Shown here one piece after another: positions 1 through 10,094 of a DNA stretch of 64,000 nt. Position numbers and translations under genes: made by a program. Each line of letters opens with the position of its first letter. Position 1 is the stretch's first letter. The stretch comes from Croceibacterium sp. (lineage in GTDB: Bacteria; Pseudomonadota; Alphaproteobacteria; Sphingomonadales; Sphingomonadaceae): assembly GCA_039920725.1 (NCBI GenBank), contig JBDSDC010000145.1:14080-78079 (forward strand), in the 5' to 3' direction. Under the pieces are notes generated by a model that had not been told where the DNA came from, searched no databases, and saw only the letters and a program-made list of their open reading frames with translations.

Positions 1-898
1 ACGCGACCAGCCGCGTTTCGCGGGCGTGAACGGTTTCGAGGCCGATCGAGGCGACATAATCGCACGCCGCACCCAGCCCGATCGCCTCGACGATCGCCGG
101 GGTGCCCGCCTCGAACCGTTGCGGCGGCGCGGCGTAAGTGGTCTTCTCGAAGGTGACTTTCTCGATCATTGCGCCGCCGCCTTGGTATGGCGGCATCGCG
201 TCGAGCCATTCGCTCCGAGCCCACAGCGCTCCGATCCCGGTCGGGCCGTAAAGCTTGTGGCCGGAAAAGGCGTAGAAGTCGCAGTCGAGCGCGGCGACAT
301 CGACCGGCAAGCGCGGCACCGCCTGGCAGCCGTCGAGCAGCAGCTTCGCGCCCACCGCATGGGCCAGGTCCGCTGCGCGATGCGCATCCAGCACCGAGCC
401 GAGCACGTTCGAAACGTGGGCAAAAGCGACCATCGCATGCTCGGGAGTCAACATGCGCTCGGCGGCGTCGAGATCGATCCGACCGTCGGCGGTCAGCGGG
501 CAGACGTCGATCTGCCATCCGGCAAGCTGCCACGGCACGATATTGGAGTGGTGCTCCAGTTCGCTCAGAAGGACCCGGCGCTTATCCGGCCAGCACTGCG
601 CGACGAGATTGATCGCCTCGGTCGCCCCGCGCGTGAACACGACCTCGTCCTCGCGTCCACCGATGAATGCGGCGACGCGGCGGCGTGCGGCTTCGTAGCC
701 AAGCGTCATCTCGGCCGAGCGGGTATAGACCCCGCGATGGACGGTGGCGTAGTCGGTGCCGAGAGCCCGCGTGACCGCATCGATCACCGCCTGCGGCTTT
801 TGCGCGGTGGCGGCCGAATCGAGGTAATGCCACGGCGAGCCGTCGGCGTTCCGGAGGCCGGGGAAGTCGGTTTTGCGGTCGATAGCGCAGCGGTTCAT
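1..898 (-). CDS. sufS: Cysteine desulfurase SufS (3' part runs off the window)
   Basis: Minus-strand translation from ATG 898: MNRCAIDRKTDFPG...YLDSAATAQKPQAV...VHRGVY...FTRGATEAIN. The ATG overlaps the sufD stop. Not in the ORF track because it is partial. Confidence 0.93.
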   Translation of the reverse strand, partial: MNRCAIDRKTDFPGLRNADGSPWHYLDSAATAQKPQAVIDAVTRALGTDYATVHRGVYTRSAEMTLGYEAARRRVAAFIGGREDEVVFTRGATEAINLVAQCWPDKRRVLLSELEHHSNIVPWQLAGWQIDVCPLTADGRIDLDAAERMLTPEHAMVAFAHVSNVLGSVLDAHRAADLAHAVGAKLLLDGCQAVPRLPVDVAALDCDFYAFSGHKLYGPTGIGALWARSEWLDAMPPYQGGGAMIEKVTFEKTTYAAPPQRFEAGTPAIVEAIGLGAACDYVASIGLETVHARETRLVA

Positions 899-1650
899 GC
901 CCGTGCCTCCAGCACGCCTAGCACGGCGGCGAGCAATTTCTCCTGCTCGCCGGGATCGTCCATCGCGGTGAACGCATCGGCGATGAAGGCGCGGACCAGC
1001 AATCGGTCGGCCAGGTCGGGCGGGATCCCGCGCGCGGCCATGTAGAACCGCGCCCGCTCGTCCATCTGGCCGATCGCGGCGCCGTGCGCGCATTTCACGT
1101 CATCGGCGAAGATTTCCAGCTCGGGCTTGGCATTGGCGCTCGCGCCGCGCCCGAGCAACAGGCCCTTGAAGTCCTGCGCGGCGTCAGTCTTCTGGGCGTC
1201 GCGCGCGACTTCGATCCGCCCGAGGAAATTGCCGGTCGCGCCGCCCCAGTGGACCGCGCGCACCACCTGGCGGCTGGTCGCGTCCGGTTCGGCGTGTGTA
1301 ACGCGCGTAACAATCTCGCGTGTCGCTTCGCCGCCGCCAATCGTCACGCCCCCAAACTCGAAGTGCGCACCTTTAGCGAGCCGGATCTGCGCTTCCAGCC
1401 GCGTGTAGTCGCTGCCGGCAATGACCGCGAACATCTCGGCCCGGGCGCCTTCGGCGACCGTGATGCGAACCCGGTGCAGTTCGGGCGCGTCGCTGCCCAG
1501 GACAGTGCAATGCCGGCGCGTCTCGCCGGGCGCCAGCTCAATGTCTTTCCATTCGCCGAACCGCTCGGGCGCGAGGCCCTGCAGCACTGCGAAATCGGCA
1601 TAGCGCCACTCCTCGTCGCGCTGCGTCGGAAGGGCGAGCAGCTCGGTCAC
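895..1650 (-). CDS. sufD: SufD family Fe-S assembly protein (short form)
   Basis: EEWRY N-terminus; KPELEIFADDVKCAHGA; FYMAARGI; position in suf operon. Confidence 0.93.
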   Translation of the reverse strand: MTELLALPTQRDEEWRYADFAVLQGLAPERFGEWKDIELAPGETRRHCTVLGSDAPELHRVRITVAEGARAEMFAVIAGSDYTRLEAQIRLAKGAHFEFGGVTIGGGEATREIVTRVTHAEPDATSRQVVRAVHWGGATGNFLGRIEVARDAQKTDAAQDFKGLLLGRGASANAKPELEIFADDVKCAHGAAIGQMDERARFYMAARGIPPDLADRLLVRAFIADAFTAMDDPGEQEKLLAAVLGVLEARA

Positions 1651-2393
1651 GCGGTCACTGCCTCGTAGCCTTCGCTCTCGAGCTGCACCGCCAACTCGGG
1701 CCCGCCGCTCGTCACGATGCGGCCCTTGGATAGGACATGGACCACATCCGGTTTCACGTAGCCGAGCAGCCGCTGGTAGTGCGTGATCAGCAGCACGCCC
1801 TTGTCAGGCCGGCGCATGATTGAATTGATGCCCTCGCCGACGATCCGCAGCGCATCGATGTCGAGGCCCGAATCGGTTTCGTCTAGCACTGCGAACGCGG
1901 GATCGAGAATGCCCATTTGGACCATCTCCGCGCGCTTCTTCTCGCCGCCCGAGAAGCCGACGTTTACCGGCCGCTTGAGCATCTCGATGTCCATCCTGAG
2001 CAGCGCCGCCTTCCCGCGCGCCAACTTGAGGAACTCAGCCCCCGAGAGCGGCTCCTCACCCCGAGCACGCCGCTGCGCGTTGAGCGCCTCGCGCAGGAAC
2101 TGGACGTTCGATACGCCGGGAATCTCGACCGGGTACTGGAAGCCGAGAAACAGCCCCGCCGCTGCCCGCTCGTGCGGGGCCAGCGCCAGCAGATCCTGCC
2201 CGGCAAAGGTAACCGAGCCCGCGGTCACCTCGTACCCCGGCCGTCCGCCGAGCACGTAAGCCAGGGTCGACTTGCCCGCTCCGTTCGGCCCCATGATCGC
2301 ATGCACTTCGCCTGCGTTCACGGTGAGCGAGAGGCCGTCGAGGATCGGCTTGCCATCGACCTGGGCATGGAGGTCAGCGATCGTGAGCATCAT
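1647..2393 (-). CDS. sufC: Fe-S cluster assembly ATPase SufC
   Basis: GPNGAGKST Walker A; FQYPVEIPGV; GFSGGEKKR; LDETDSGLDID. Confidence 0.97.
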   Translation of the reverse strand: MMLTIADLHAQVDGKPILDGLSLTVNAGEVHAIMGPNGAGKSTLAYVLGGRPGYEVTAGSVTFAGQDLLALAPHERAAAGLFLGFQYPVEIPGVSNVQFLREALNAQRRARGEEPLSGAEFLKLARGKAALLRMDIEMLKRPVNVGFSGGEKKRAEMVQMGILDPAFAVLDETDSGLDIDALRIVGEGINSIMRRPDKGVLLITHYQRLLGYVKPDVVHVLSKGRIVTSGGPELAVQLESEGYEAVTA

Positions 2394-2932
2394 TCTGGGC
2401 TCTCTTCGGCGGTTTCGAACAGCGCCTCGTCTTCGGCCCGCTCCTGATCGGCAGTTGCGGGCGGGTGGTGGGGACGGCCCGCGGCATTCGTCGCGCGCTC
2501 GGCCCGGCGGTCGAACGGCTTCTTGAGCTCGTCGAGAATGACCGCGAGCGCGGGCTCGACATCGGTCAGCAGCTGTTCCGCCGCAAACCGCAGCACGCGG
2601 ATGCCGACCGCGGCCAGCTTCTTGTCCTGAATCGCGTCGACCTCGGCATTCGTCTTTTCTGCAATCTCCACCACCAGCCAGCGCGCCGGACAGGCGAAAT
2701 CGACGATCGTCGAGCCGACCACGACCTGGCGGTGGAACTTGAACCCGCCGAGTTGTTGGTTTGCGAGCCGCGCCCAGAGCGCCTTTTCAGCTTCGGTCGG
2801 ATTGCGCCGTTTGGCCCTCGCCATCTCCTTGAGCCGCTCGACCCGGGTTTCCGACACGTTCCAGCTATGCCGAGGCGCGGCGTCCTGCCGCTCCGCCGGC
2901 GCGCGCAGGGAAAGGGTGCGGCGTTCACTCAT
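2390..2932 (-). CDS. DUF559/Vsr-like endonuclease-domain protein, apparently degenerate
   Basis: [13 protein letters not shown]...[14 protein letters not shown]...LVVEI...G.RVLRF pattern; ATGA overlaps with sufB and sufC. Confidence 0.8.
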   Translation of the reverse strand: MSERRTLSLRAPAERQDAAPRHSWNVSETRVERLKEMARAKRRNPTEAEKALWARLANQQLGGFKFHRQVVVGSTIVDFACPARWLVVEIAEKTNAEVDAIQDKKLAAVGIRVLRFAAEQLLTDVEPALAVILDELKKPFDRRAERATNAAGRPHHPPATADQERAEDEALFETAEESPE

Positions 2933-4425
2933 CCGACGGAACCTTCAAGACTGATACCGAGCAGCTTCTGCGCCTCGACCGCGAATTCCATCGGCAGCTG
3001 CTTGAGCACTTCGCGGGCGAAGCCGTTGACGATCAGCGAAACCGATTCCTCTTGCGAAAGCCCGCGCTGCATCGCGTAGAACAGCTGGTCGTCGGAAATC
3101 TTGCTGGTGGTCGCTTCGTGCTCGATCTGCGCGGTCGGGTTCTTGACCTCGATGTAAGGCACGGTGTGCGCGCCGCATTCGGGCCCGAGCAGCAGGCTGT
3201 CGCACTGGGTGAAGTTGCGGACATTGTCGGCATTGGCCCCGACGCGAACCAGCCCGCGGTAAGTGTTGCTCGATTTGCCCGCGCTGATGCCCTTGGAGAT
3301 GATCGTGCTGCGGCTGCCCCGCCCATTGTGGATCATCTTGGTGCCGGTATCGGCCTGCTGGTAATTGTTGGTCACCGCGACCGAATAGAATTCGCCGACC
3401 GAATCCTCCCCGTTGAGTACGCAGCTGGGATATTTCCAGGTCACCGCGCTGCCGGTCTCGACCTGGGTCCAGCTGACTTTGCTGCGCTTGCCCTGGCACA
3501 GCGCGCGCTTGGTGACGAAATTGTAGATCCCGCCCAGCCCTTCGGCGTTGCCCGGGTACCAGTTCTGCACCGTCGAGTACTTGATCTCGGCATCGTCCAG
3601 CGCGATCAGCTCGACCACCGCCGCGTGGAGCTGGTTTTCGTCACGCATAGGCGCGGTGCAGCCTTCGAGGTAGCTGACGTAGCTGCCCTTCTCGGCGATG
3701 ATCAGCGTGCGTTCGAACTGGCCGGTGTTCTCGGCGTTGATGCGGAAATAAGTGCTCAGCTCCATCGGGCAGCGTACGCCCTCAGGGATGTACACAAAGG
3801 TCCCATCGGAGAACACAGCGCTGTTGAGCGTGGCGAAGAAGTTGTCGTGCTGCGGTACTACCCGGCCGAGCCACTTTTTCACTAGCTCGGGATATTCGCG
3901 GATCGCTTCGCTGATCGACAGGAAGAGCACGCCGGCCCGCTTCAGCTCCTCGCGGAAGGTTGTCGCCACCGACACGCTGTCGAACACCGCATCGACCGCC
4001 ACCTTGCGCGCGCCTTCGACGCCGGCGAGAACTTTCTGCTCCTCCAGCGGAATGCCGAGCTTCTTGTAAACCTCGAGGATGTCGGGATCGACCTCGTCGA
4101 GGCTGGCGAGCTTCGGCTTGGCCGTGGGCGCGGCGTAGTAATAAGCGTCCTGGTAATCGATCGGCGGCACGTTGAGCTTGGCCCAATCGGGCGCGGTCAT
4201 CGTCTGCCACAGGCGGAACGCCTTGAGCCGCCAGTCGAGCATCCATTCGGGCTCGCTCTTCTTGGCGCTGATGAAGCGGACGGTGTCCTCATTCAGCCCC
4301 TTGGGCGCGAATTCGGTGGCGATGTCGGCCGACCAGCCGTGCTCGTAGTCCGCCGCTTTCGCGGCCGCCTCGCGCGCGCCCTGATCGCGTTCCGGGCGGC
4401 CCTGGATGTCGACGTCGTCGGTCAT
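2929..4425 (-). CDS. sufB: Fe-S cluster assembly protein SufB
   Basis: [45 protein letters not shown]; start set at ATG 4425, which overlaps the regulator stop. Confidence 0.97.
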   Translation of the reverse strand: MTDDVDIQGRPERDQGAREAAAKAADYEHGWSADIATEFAPKGLNEDTVRFISAKKSEPEWMLDWRLKAFRLWQTMTAPDWAKLNVPPIDYQDAYYYAAPTAKPKLASLDEVDPDILEVYKKLGIPLEEQKVLAGVEGARKVAVDAVFDSVSVATTFREELKRAGVLFLSISEAIREYPELVKKWLGRVVPQHDNFFATLNSAVFSDGTFVYIPEGVRCPMELSTYFRINAENTGQFERTLIIAEKGSYVSYLEGCTAPMRDENQLHAAVVELIALDDAEIKYSTVQNWYPGNAEGLGGIYNFVTKRALCQGKRSKVSWTQVETGSAVTWKYPSCVLNGEDSVGEFYSVAVTNNYQQADTGTKMIHNGRGSRSTIISKGISAGKSSNTYRGLVRVGANADNVRNFTQCDSLLLGPECGAHTVPYIEVKNPTAQIEHEATTSKISDDQLFYAMQRGLSQEESVSLIVNGFAREVLKQLPMEFAVEAQKLLGISLEGSVG

Positions 4426-4838
4426 ACGGTGAGCTCGGGCTGGGTAAGCCGGGTTAACGGGACATCTGCGAGTGCGCCGCGCAGGGCCTTGTTGACGATG
4501 CCCCAGTGCGGACGGACGCTGCAGCATGCCTCGAGCCCGCAATCGTGCCGGCCATGCTCGACGCACGAGGTCAGCACGATCGGGCCCTCGACTGCCTCGA
4601 CGATGTCCGCCAGCGTAATCGCCGCCGCCGGACGCGCCAGCTTGAGGCCGCCGCCCGCGCCGCGCGAAGAACGCAGCAGGCCCGCTTTGCTGAGCAGGCT
4701 TACCAGCTTCTGCACTGTCGGCGCGGGCAACCCGGTTTCCGCCGCCAATTGCGCCGCGGACACGCGCGCGCCGCCGCAGTGGCGCGCGGCGGCGGTCATC
4801 GTCACAACGGCATAGTCGGCAAGGTTGGAGAGGCGCAT
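4422..4838 (-). CDS. Rrf2-family SUF system regulator
   Basis: [11 protein letters not shown]; [11 protein letters not shown]...[13 protein letters not shown]; C-x6-C-x4-CC cluster cysteines. Confidence 0.92.
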   Translation of the reverse strand: MRLSNLADYAVVTMTAAARHCGGARVSAAQLAAETGLPAPTVQKLVSLLSKAGLLRSSRGAGGGLKLARPAAAITLADIVEAVEGPIVLTSCVEHGRHDCGLEACCSVRPHWGIVNKALRGALADVPLTRLTQPELTV

Positions 4839-4843
4839 TTTTC

Positions 4844-4897
4844 TAATCGGACCGAATCGTTCCGATTACATTTAGGCGTGAGCGCGCCGAATTTCAA
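4844..4897 (-). promoter_or_regulatory. suf promoter (TTGAAA-N17-TAAATG) and palindromic operator TAATCGGA-N9-TCCGATTA
   Basis: Perfect 8-bp inverted repeat 4844-4851/4861-4868 just upstream of the Rrf2 ATG; -35 at 4892-4897 on the minus strand. Confidence 0.65.
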
Positions 4898-4945
4898 ACA
4901 AGCGCCGCTTTGCGCGCCCCAAGCTGGCTGGCATAGGCGGGCCCA

Positions 4946-5974
4946 ATGCTGTTCCGCCTGGTCCGCCCCGCCTTGTTCGCGCTCGACCCTGAGCGGGCGC
5001 ATGGGCTGGCGCTTGCCGCGCTCAAGCGGCTCCCGCCAGGCGCAGCGCCTGCGCCCGGCGCGCTGGCCACCCGCGTTGCGGGGATCGACTTTCCCAATCC
5101 GATCGGGATCGCCGCCGGTTTCGACAAGGACGCCGAGGTGCCCGATGCCCTGCTCGGGCTCGGTTTCGGATTCGCCGAAGTCGGTTCGATCACGCCGTTG
5201 CCGCAGGCGGGCAACCCCAAGCCGCGGCTGTTCCGCCTGACCCAGGACGAGGCGGTCATCAACCGCATGGGTTTCAACAATCGCGGCGCGGAAGCCGCCG
5301 CTGCCCGGTTGCGCGCGCGCTTGGGGCGCGGGGGCGTGGTCGGGATCAACATCGGCGCGAACAAGGATTCGCCCGACCGGATCGCCGACTATGCCCGCAT
5401 GACCCAAGTGATGGCGCCGCTCGCCAGCTATCTCGCGGTAAACATCTCCAGCCCCAACACCCCGGGCCTGCGCGCGCTGCAGGACGAAGCCGCATTGGCA
5501 GGCTTGCTCGATGCCGTTCTGGCCGCGCGCGGCAATTCGGGACCGCCGATATTCCTCAAGGTCGCGCCCGACCTCGAACGCGCCGACATCGACACGATCG
5601 CGCGGCTCGCCATCGACCGCGGGCTGGACGCGCTGATCGTCGGCAACACCACGATCTCACGCCCACCGCTGCACTCGGGCCATGCGGGCGAGACCGGCGG
5701 GCTGTCGGGGACGCCGCTCAAGCCGCTCGCGCTCGAACGACTGCGCGATTTCCGCCGCGCGACCGGCGGACAGATCCCACTGGTCGGCGTCGGCGGCATC
5801 GCCACCGCCGAAGACGCCTGGCAGCGGATCCGCGCCGGGGCGAGCCTGGTCCAGCTCTACAGCGCATTGATCTACCACGGGCCTGGCTTTGCCCGCCGGA
5901 TCGTGAAGGAACTTGAGGCATTGATGCGCCGTGATGGATTCAGCGCGATTGCCGACGCGGTCGGAAGCGAATAG
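4946..5974 (+). CDS. pyrD: Quinone-dependent dihydroorotate dehydrogenase
   Basis: GIAAGFDK, GNPKPRLFRL, INRMGFNN, NISSPNTPGLR, GGLSG. Confidence 0.96.
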   Translation: MLFRLVRPALFALDPERAHGLALAALKRLPPGAAPAPGALATRVAGIDFPNPIGIAAGFDKDAEVPDALLGLGFGFAEVGSITPLPQAGNPKPRLFRLTQDEAVINRMGFNNRGAEAAAARLRARLGRGGVVGINIGANKDSPDRIADYARMTQVMAPLASYLAVNISSPNTPGLRALQDEAALAGLLDAVLAARGNSGPPIFLKVAPDLERADIDTIARLAIDRGLDALIVGNTTISRPPLHSGHAGETGGLSGTPLKPLALERLRDFRRATGGQIPLVGVGGIATAEDAWQRIRAGASLVQLYSALIYHGPGFARRIVKELEALMRRDGFSAIADAVGSE

Positions 5975-5984
5975 CGCGCCGCCC

Positions 5985-7694
5985 ATGGTCCGCCGCATCA
6001 TCGGGTCGCTTGCCGCGCCGCTCCTCCTCGCGGGTTGCGCCGCGCTTCCCGCATCCCCTCCTTCGACCGCCACTTCGCTGGCGACCGGTATGGTCAGCGC
6101 CGCCGATCCCCGCGCGGCGGCGGCGGGCGCGCAGATCCTGCGCAAGGGCGGCAGCGCCACCGACGCGGCGATCGCTGTGATGCTGGCGCTGACCGTGGTC
6201 GAACCGCAGAGTTCCGGGATCGGCGGCGGCGGGTTCCTAGTGTGGGCCGACACCAAGGGCGAGGTCGAGACGATCGACGGACGCGAAACCGCGCCCGCCG
6301 CGGCGACGCCCGACTGGTTCCTCGATGCCGCCGGCAAGCCGCTGGCATTCCCGCGCGCGGTCCACAGCGGGCTCAGCGTCGGCGTCCCCGGCAGCTTGCG
6401 CCTCGCCGCCACAGCGCACCGCAACCACGGCAGGCTGGCCTGGGCGCAGCTGTTCGCCCCGGCCATCGCGCTAGCCCGCGATGGGTTCGCGATCAGCCCA
6501 CGGATGGAGGAATTCCTCGGCAATGCCGCCGAGCGCGCGGCCGCCGATCCGCTCGGGCGAGCGCTGTTCTACGATGCCGCGAGCCGCCCGCTGCCCGCCG
6601 GAACCGTGGTCAGGAACCCAGCGCTGGCCGCGACGCTCGAGCGAATCGGCCGCGGTGGGCCGGAAGCATTTTACACCGGTGCCGCCGGCGCCGCGCTGGC
6701 CCAGCACGTCGCCGCCGCAACGCCCAGGCTCGCCGGGATGAGCGCTGCCGACGTTTCGAGCTACCGCGCCAAGCCGCGCCCGCCGGTGTGCGGCGAGTAC
6801 CGCCATTACCGCATATGCGGGATGGGGCCCCCGTCCTCAGGGGCGATCACGGTCTATGCGATCCTTAAGCAGCTCGAGCGGTTCGACCTGGGCCAGATGG
6901 GTCCGCAATCGGCCGCCGCCTGGCACGTGTTCGCCGAATCGCAGCGCCTCGCCTATGCCGACCGCGACAGATACCTCGCCGATAGCGACTACGTGCGCGT
7001 GCCGGTCGCCGGGCTGAGCGACCCTGCGTATCTGGCCGCGCGCGGCGCGTTGATCAGCGAAACCGCGCGATTGGGAAGCGTGGCCGCGGGTTCGCCGGCA
7101 GGAGTCACCGCCCAATTCCGCTCCGGCACCGGACCCCTCGAGGCCGGCACCAGCCACTTCGCGGTGACCGACAAGTTCGGCCAGGCGGTCAGCTACACTT
7201 CGACCATCGAAGGCCCGTTCGGCTCGGGCCTGATGGTGGGGGGCGCCTACCTCAACAACGAGCTGACCGACTTCAGTTTTGTGCCCGAGCAAGGCGGCGT
7301 GGCGGTTGCCAACCGGGTCGAGGGGGGCAAGCGCCCACGCAGTTCGATGGCGCCGACGGTGGTCTATGACCCGCAGGGGCGCCTGTTCCTGGTGATCGGC
7401 GCGGCCGGCGGAGCAACTATCCCGGTCCAGGTGGCCAAGGCGCTGATCGGGGTGATCGACTGGGGCTTGCCCGTTGATCAGGCCATCGCGCTCCCGATAC
7501 TGTTCGCGCCGGGCGACGTCGACACAGTCGAGCCAGGCTCCTCGCTGCTGGCGCTCAAGCCGCAACTCGAAGCCTGGGGACACCGCATCGTCGAACGCCC
7601 GCTCCCGCTCAAGGCCAATGCCATCGAATGGATCGGCGGGCGCTGGCTGGGCGCGGCCGACCCGCGCAGCGAAGGCGCTGCGGTCGGCGAGTAG
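5985..7694 (+). CDS. ggt: Gamma-glutamyltransferase (lipoprotein signal)
   Basis: LLAGC lipobox; VVEPQSSGIGGGGF; DGRETAP; TSHF autocleavage site; LNNELTDF; KRPRSSM. Confidence 0.95.
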   Translation: MVRRIIGSLAAPLLLAGCAALPASPPSTATSLATGMVSAADPRAAAAGAQILRKGGSATDAAIAVMLALTVVEPQSSGIGGGGFLVWADTKGEVETIDGRETAPAAATPDWFLDAAGKPLAFPRAVHSGLSVGVPGSLRLAATAHRNHGRLAWAQLFAPAIALARDGFAISPRMEEFLGNAAERAAADPLGRALFYDAASRPLPAGTVVRNPALAATLERIGRGGPEAFYTGAAGAALAQHVAAATPRLAGMSAADVSSYRAKPRPPVCGEYRHYRICGMGPPSSGAITVYAILKQLERFDLGQMGPQSAAAWHVFAESQRLAYADRDRYLADSDYVRVPVAGLSDPAYLAARGALISETARLGSVAAGSPAGVTAQFRSGTGPLEAGTSHFAVTDKFGQAVSYTSTIEGPFGSGLMVGGAYLNNELTDFSFVPEQGGVAVANRVEGGKRPRSSMAPTVVYDPQGRLFLVIGAAGGATIPVQVAKALIGVIDWGLPVDQAIALPILFAPGDVDTVEPGSSLLALKPQLEAWGHRIVERPLPLKANAIEWIGGRWLGAADPRSEGAAVGE

Positions 7695-7796
7695 CTTAGT
7701 GCGCCTGGTTCGCGCTACCGCGCCTTGCGCTACTTGAGCGCGGGCGATGCGCGCCCTAAGCCATGCGCAAGCGTGGGCAGCGAAAGAGGGGCGACT

Positions 7797-9596
7797 TTGC
7801 AGCTGACCGATTTCGCCGTGGCGCCCAATCTGGTGCGCTTGTTCCTCGACCGGGCCGACGAGCGCGGCGACGCGCCGTTCCTGACCGCCAAGCGCGCCGG
7901 CCAGTGGCAGTCGATAAGCTGGGCCGAGGCCGCACGCCAAGTGTGCGCGCTGGCTGAAGCGCTGCGGGCGATGGGCCTGGATGACGGCGACCGGGTCATG
8001 CTTGTGTCCGAAAACCGCCCCGAGTGGGCCATCGCGGACCTGGCGATCATGGCGGCCGGATGCATCACCACGCCCGCCTACACCACCAATACCGAGAACG
8101 ATCACCTGCACGTGGCCAACGATTCGGGCGCCCGGGCAGTGATCGTGTCGAGCGCCAAGCTGGCCGCGCCGCTGCTGCCCGCGCTGGCCCGCTCGACCAT
8201 TGCCGAGCACGTGATCGGACTCGAACCGCTGCGCACCGGTCAGGCCGCGTTCAAGGGCCATTTGTGGTCCAACCTGATCGAAGGCGATGGCGATGCGGCC
8301 CGGCTGGCGGTGGATGCGCGGCTGGCCACGATCGGCCGCCAGGACCCGGCTTGCATCATCTACACCAGCGGCACCAGCGGGCTGCCGCGCGGCGTCCTGC
8401 TGCCGCACGGCGCTATTCTGTGCAATGTCGATGGCGCGGCGCAAGTCCTCGCCGGCGACTTCGGCTGGGACCGCGAGCGGTTCCTGTCGTTCCTGCCGCT
8501 GAGCCATGCGCTCGAACACACCGCCGGGCTGTACCTGCCGATCGGGCTGGGCGCGGAGATATGGTTCGCCGAAGGGCTCGACAAGCTCGCCAGCAACATC
8601 GAGGAATCTCAGCCGACCTTCATGGTCGTGGTCCCCCGGCTGTTCGAGGTTCTGCGCACGCGGATCATCGGCCAGGTCGAAAAGCAGGGCCATTTCGCCC
8701 GGTTCCTGCTCGGCCAGGCGCTGGCCCTGGCAGAGCGGCGCGGCGCGGGCCGGCGGCAGCTGGCCGACTGGCCGATCGAACGCCTGCTCGACGTGACCTT
8801 GCGGCCCAAGATCAAGGCGCGCTTCGGCGGACGGATCAAGGCGCTGGTATCGGGCGGGGCGCCGCTCAATCCGGAAGTCGGCGCGTTCTTCGAATCGATG
8901 GGCCTGGTCATGCTGCAAGGCTACGGCCAGACCGAGAGTTCGCCCGTGATCAGCTGCAATTACCCTTCTGCGGGCATCGACCTGGCGACGGTTGGGCCGC
9001 CGCTGGCCGGGGTCGAAGTCAAGTTTGCCGAAGACGGCGAAATTCTTGCCCGGGGCGAACTGGTCATGACCGGTTACTGGCGCAACGAGGCCGAGACCGC
9101 CAAGACAATCGTCGACGGCTGGCTCCACACCGGCGACATCGGCCACTTCGACCGGCGCGGGCGGATCGTCATCACCGACCGCAAGAAGGACATCATCGTC
9201 AACGACAAGGGCGACAACATCGCCCCGCAAAAGCTGGAAGGCATGCTGACGCTCCAGCCCGAAATCGGCCAGGCGATGGTCAGCGGCGACAAGCGCCCGT
9301 TCGTGGTCGCGCTGGTGGTGCCGGACGCCGAATGGACGGCGCAATGGGCGAAGACCAACGGCGAGAGGTTCGATATCGCCGAGCTGCCCAAGCTGCCCGC
9401 TTACCGCAGCGCGGTCCGGGCTGCGCTCGACCGGGTCAACAAGGACCTCTCGGTTACCGAAAAGGTGCGCAAGTTCGCTTTCGCCGACGAACCGTTCACG
9501 ATCGAAACCGGCGAGCTGACCCCCAGCCTCAAGATCCGCCGCCACGCCATCCGCCAGCGCTACGCCGAGCGGATCGGGGCGTTGTACAAAGACTAG
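7797..9596 (+). CDS. Long-chain fatty acid-CoA ligase (AMP-dependent synthetase)
   Basis: IIYTSGTSGLPRG, QGYGQTE, WLHTGDIG, DRKKDII, LTPSLKIRR; TTG start 7797 behind an AGAGGGG SD-like sequence. Confidence 0.92.
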   Translation: MQLTDFAVAPNLVRLFLDRADERGDAPFLTAKRAGQWQSISWAEAARQVCALAEALRAMGLDDGDRVMLVSENRPEWAIADLAIMAAGCITTPAYTTNTENDHLHVANDSGARAVIVSSAKLAAPLLPALARSTIAEHVIGLEPLRTGQAAFKGHLWSNLIEGDGDAARLAVDARLATIGRQDPACIIYTSGTSGLPRGVLLPHGAILCNVDGAAQVLAGDFGWDRERFLSFLPLSHALEHTAGLYLPIGLGAEIWFAEGLDKLASNIEESQPTFMVVVPRLFEVLRTRIIGQVEKQGHFARFLLGQALALAERRGAGRRQLADWPIERLLDVTLRPKIKARFGGRIKALVSGGAPLNPEVGAFFESMGLVMLQGYGQTESSPVISCNYPSAGIDLATVGPPLAGVEVKFAEDGEILARGELVMTGYWRNEAETAKTIVDGWLHTGDIGHFDRRGRIVITDRKKDIIVNDKGDNIAPQKLEGMLTLQPEIGQAMVSGDKRPFVVALVVPDAEWTAQWAKTNGERFDIAELPKLPAYRSAVRAALDRVNKDLSVTEKVRKFAFADEPFTIETGELTPSLKIRRHAIRQRYAERIGALYKD

Positions 9597-10087
9597 GCGG
9601 CAAAACGCTTCCGAACTTGACCGAGCTGGGTTGCAAGCCCCTTGAACGCTTCCGTCAGGCTGGCTTCGAATTCGACAGCCTCCGACCCGCTGACACTCCA
9701 GCGGCGGGCTTCGCAGCGGCTTCCCCGGTAAGCGACAAAGTCGAGGTGAACGTACCAATATCCGTTCCTGTCGAGGAGTGGGGTGGAAATTCCGTGGGCA
9801 ATGAAGGCACGCTTGTTCTCGGCGTCCTTCCAGTTCCCGATTGCGTCGCGAGCCGCCTGTTGCTGGCTGGCCGTGGCCGTCATCTTGTCCACGATTTCCT
9901 CAACGTCGGCCATTCTCTGGCCCGCCAAGTGCCTAATTTTGATCGAACCATCTTTGGCGTTGGCAAGTTCTAGCACCTGACCCACGGCGCGTTCGCCTTT
10001 GGCGAACACGTCGATGCATCGCCCGCGCCATGCGGCGATTTCGGCCGCAGCTTGAATATGTGGTGTGAGAACCGCGGCTTCGGTCAC
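9593..10087 (-). CDS. Hypothetical protein with HEPN-like R-x4-H motif
   Basis: Clean 164-aa helical-looking ORF, KRAFIAHG; looks lower in GC than its neighbours. Confidence 0.6.
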   Translation of the reverse strand: MTEAAVLTPHIQAAAEIAAWRGRCIDVFAKGERAVGQVLELANAKDGSIKIRHLAGQRMADVEEIVDKMTATASQQQAARDAIGNWKDAENKRAFIAHGISTPLLDRNGYWYVHLDFVAYRGSRCEARRWSVSGSEAVEFEASLTEAFKGLATQLGQVRKRFAA

Positions 10088-10094
10088 AGAGCGA

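Noticed and set aside
26-1045. 339-aa plus-strand ORF, and other long antisense or alternate-frame ORFs (e.g. 6837-9758, 8024-9973, 21825-23402, 44680-46530, 53754-55997, 59861-61585)
   Set aside because: Shadow ORFs of real genes in high-GC DNA; Arg/Ala/Gly/Pro-rich with no motifs
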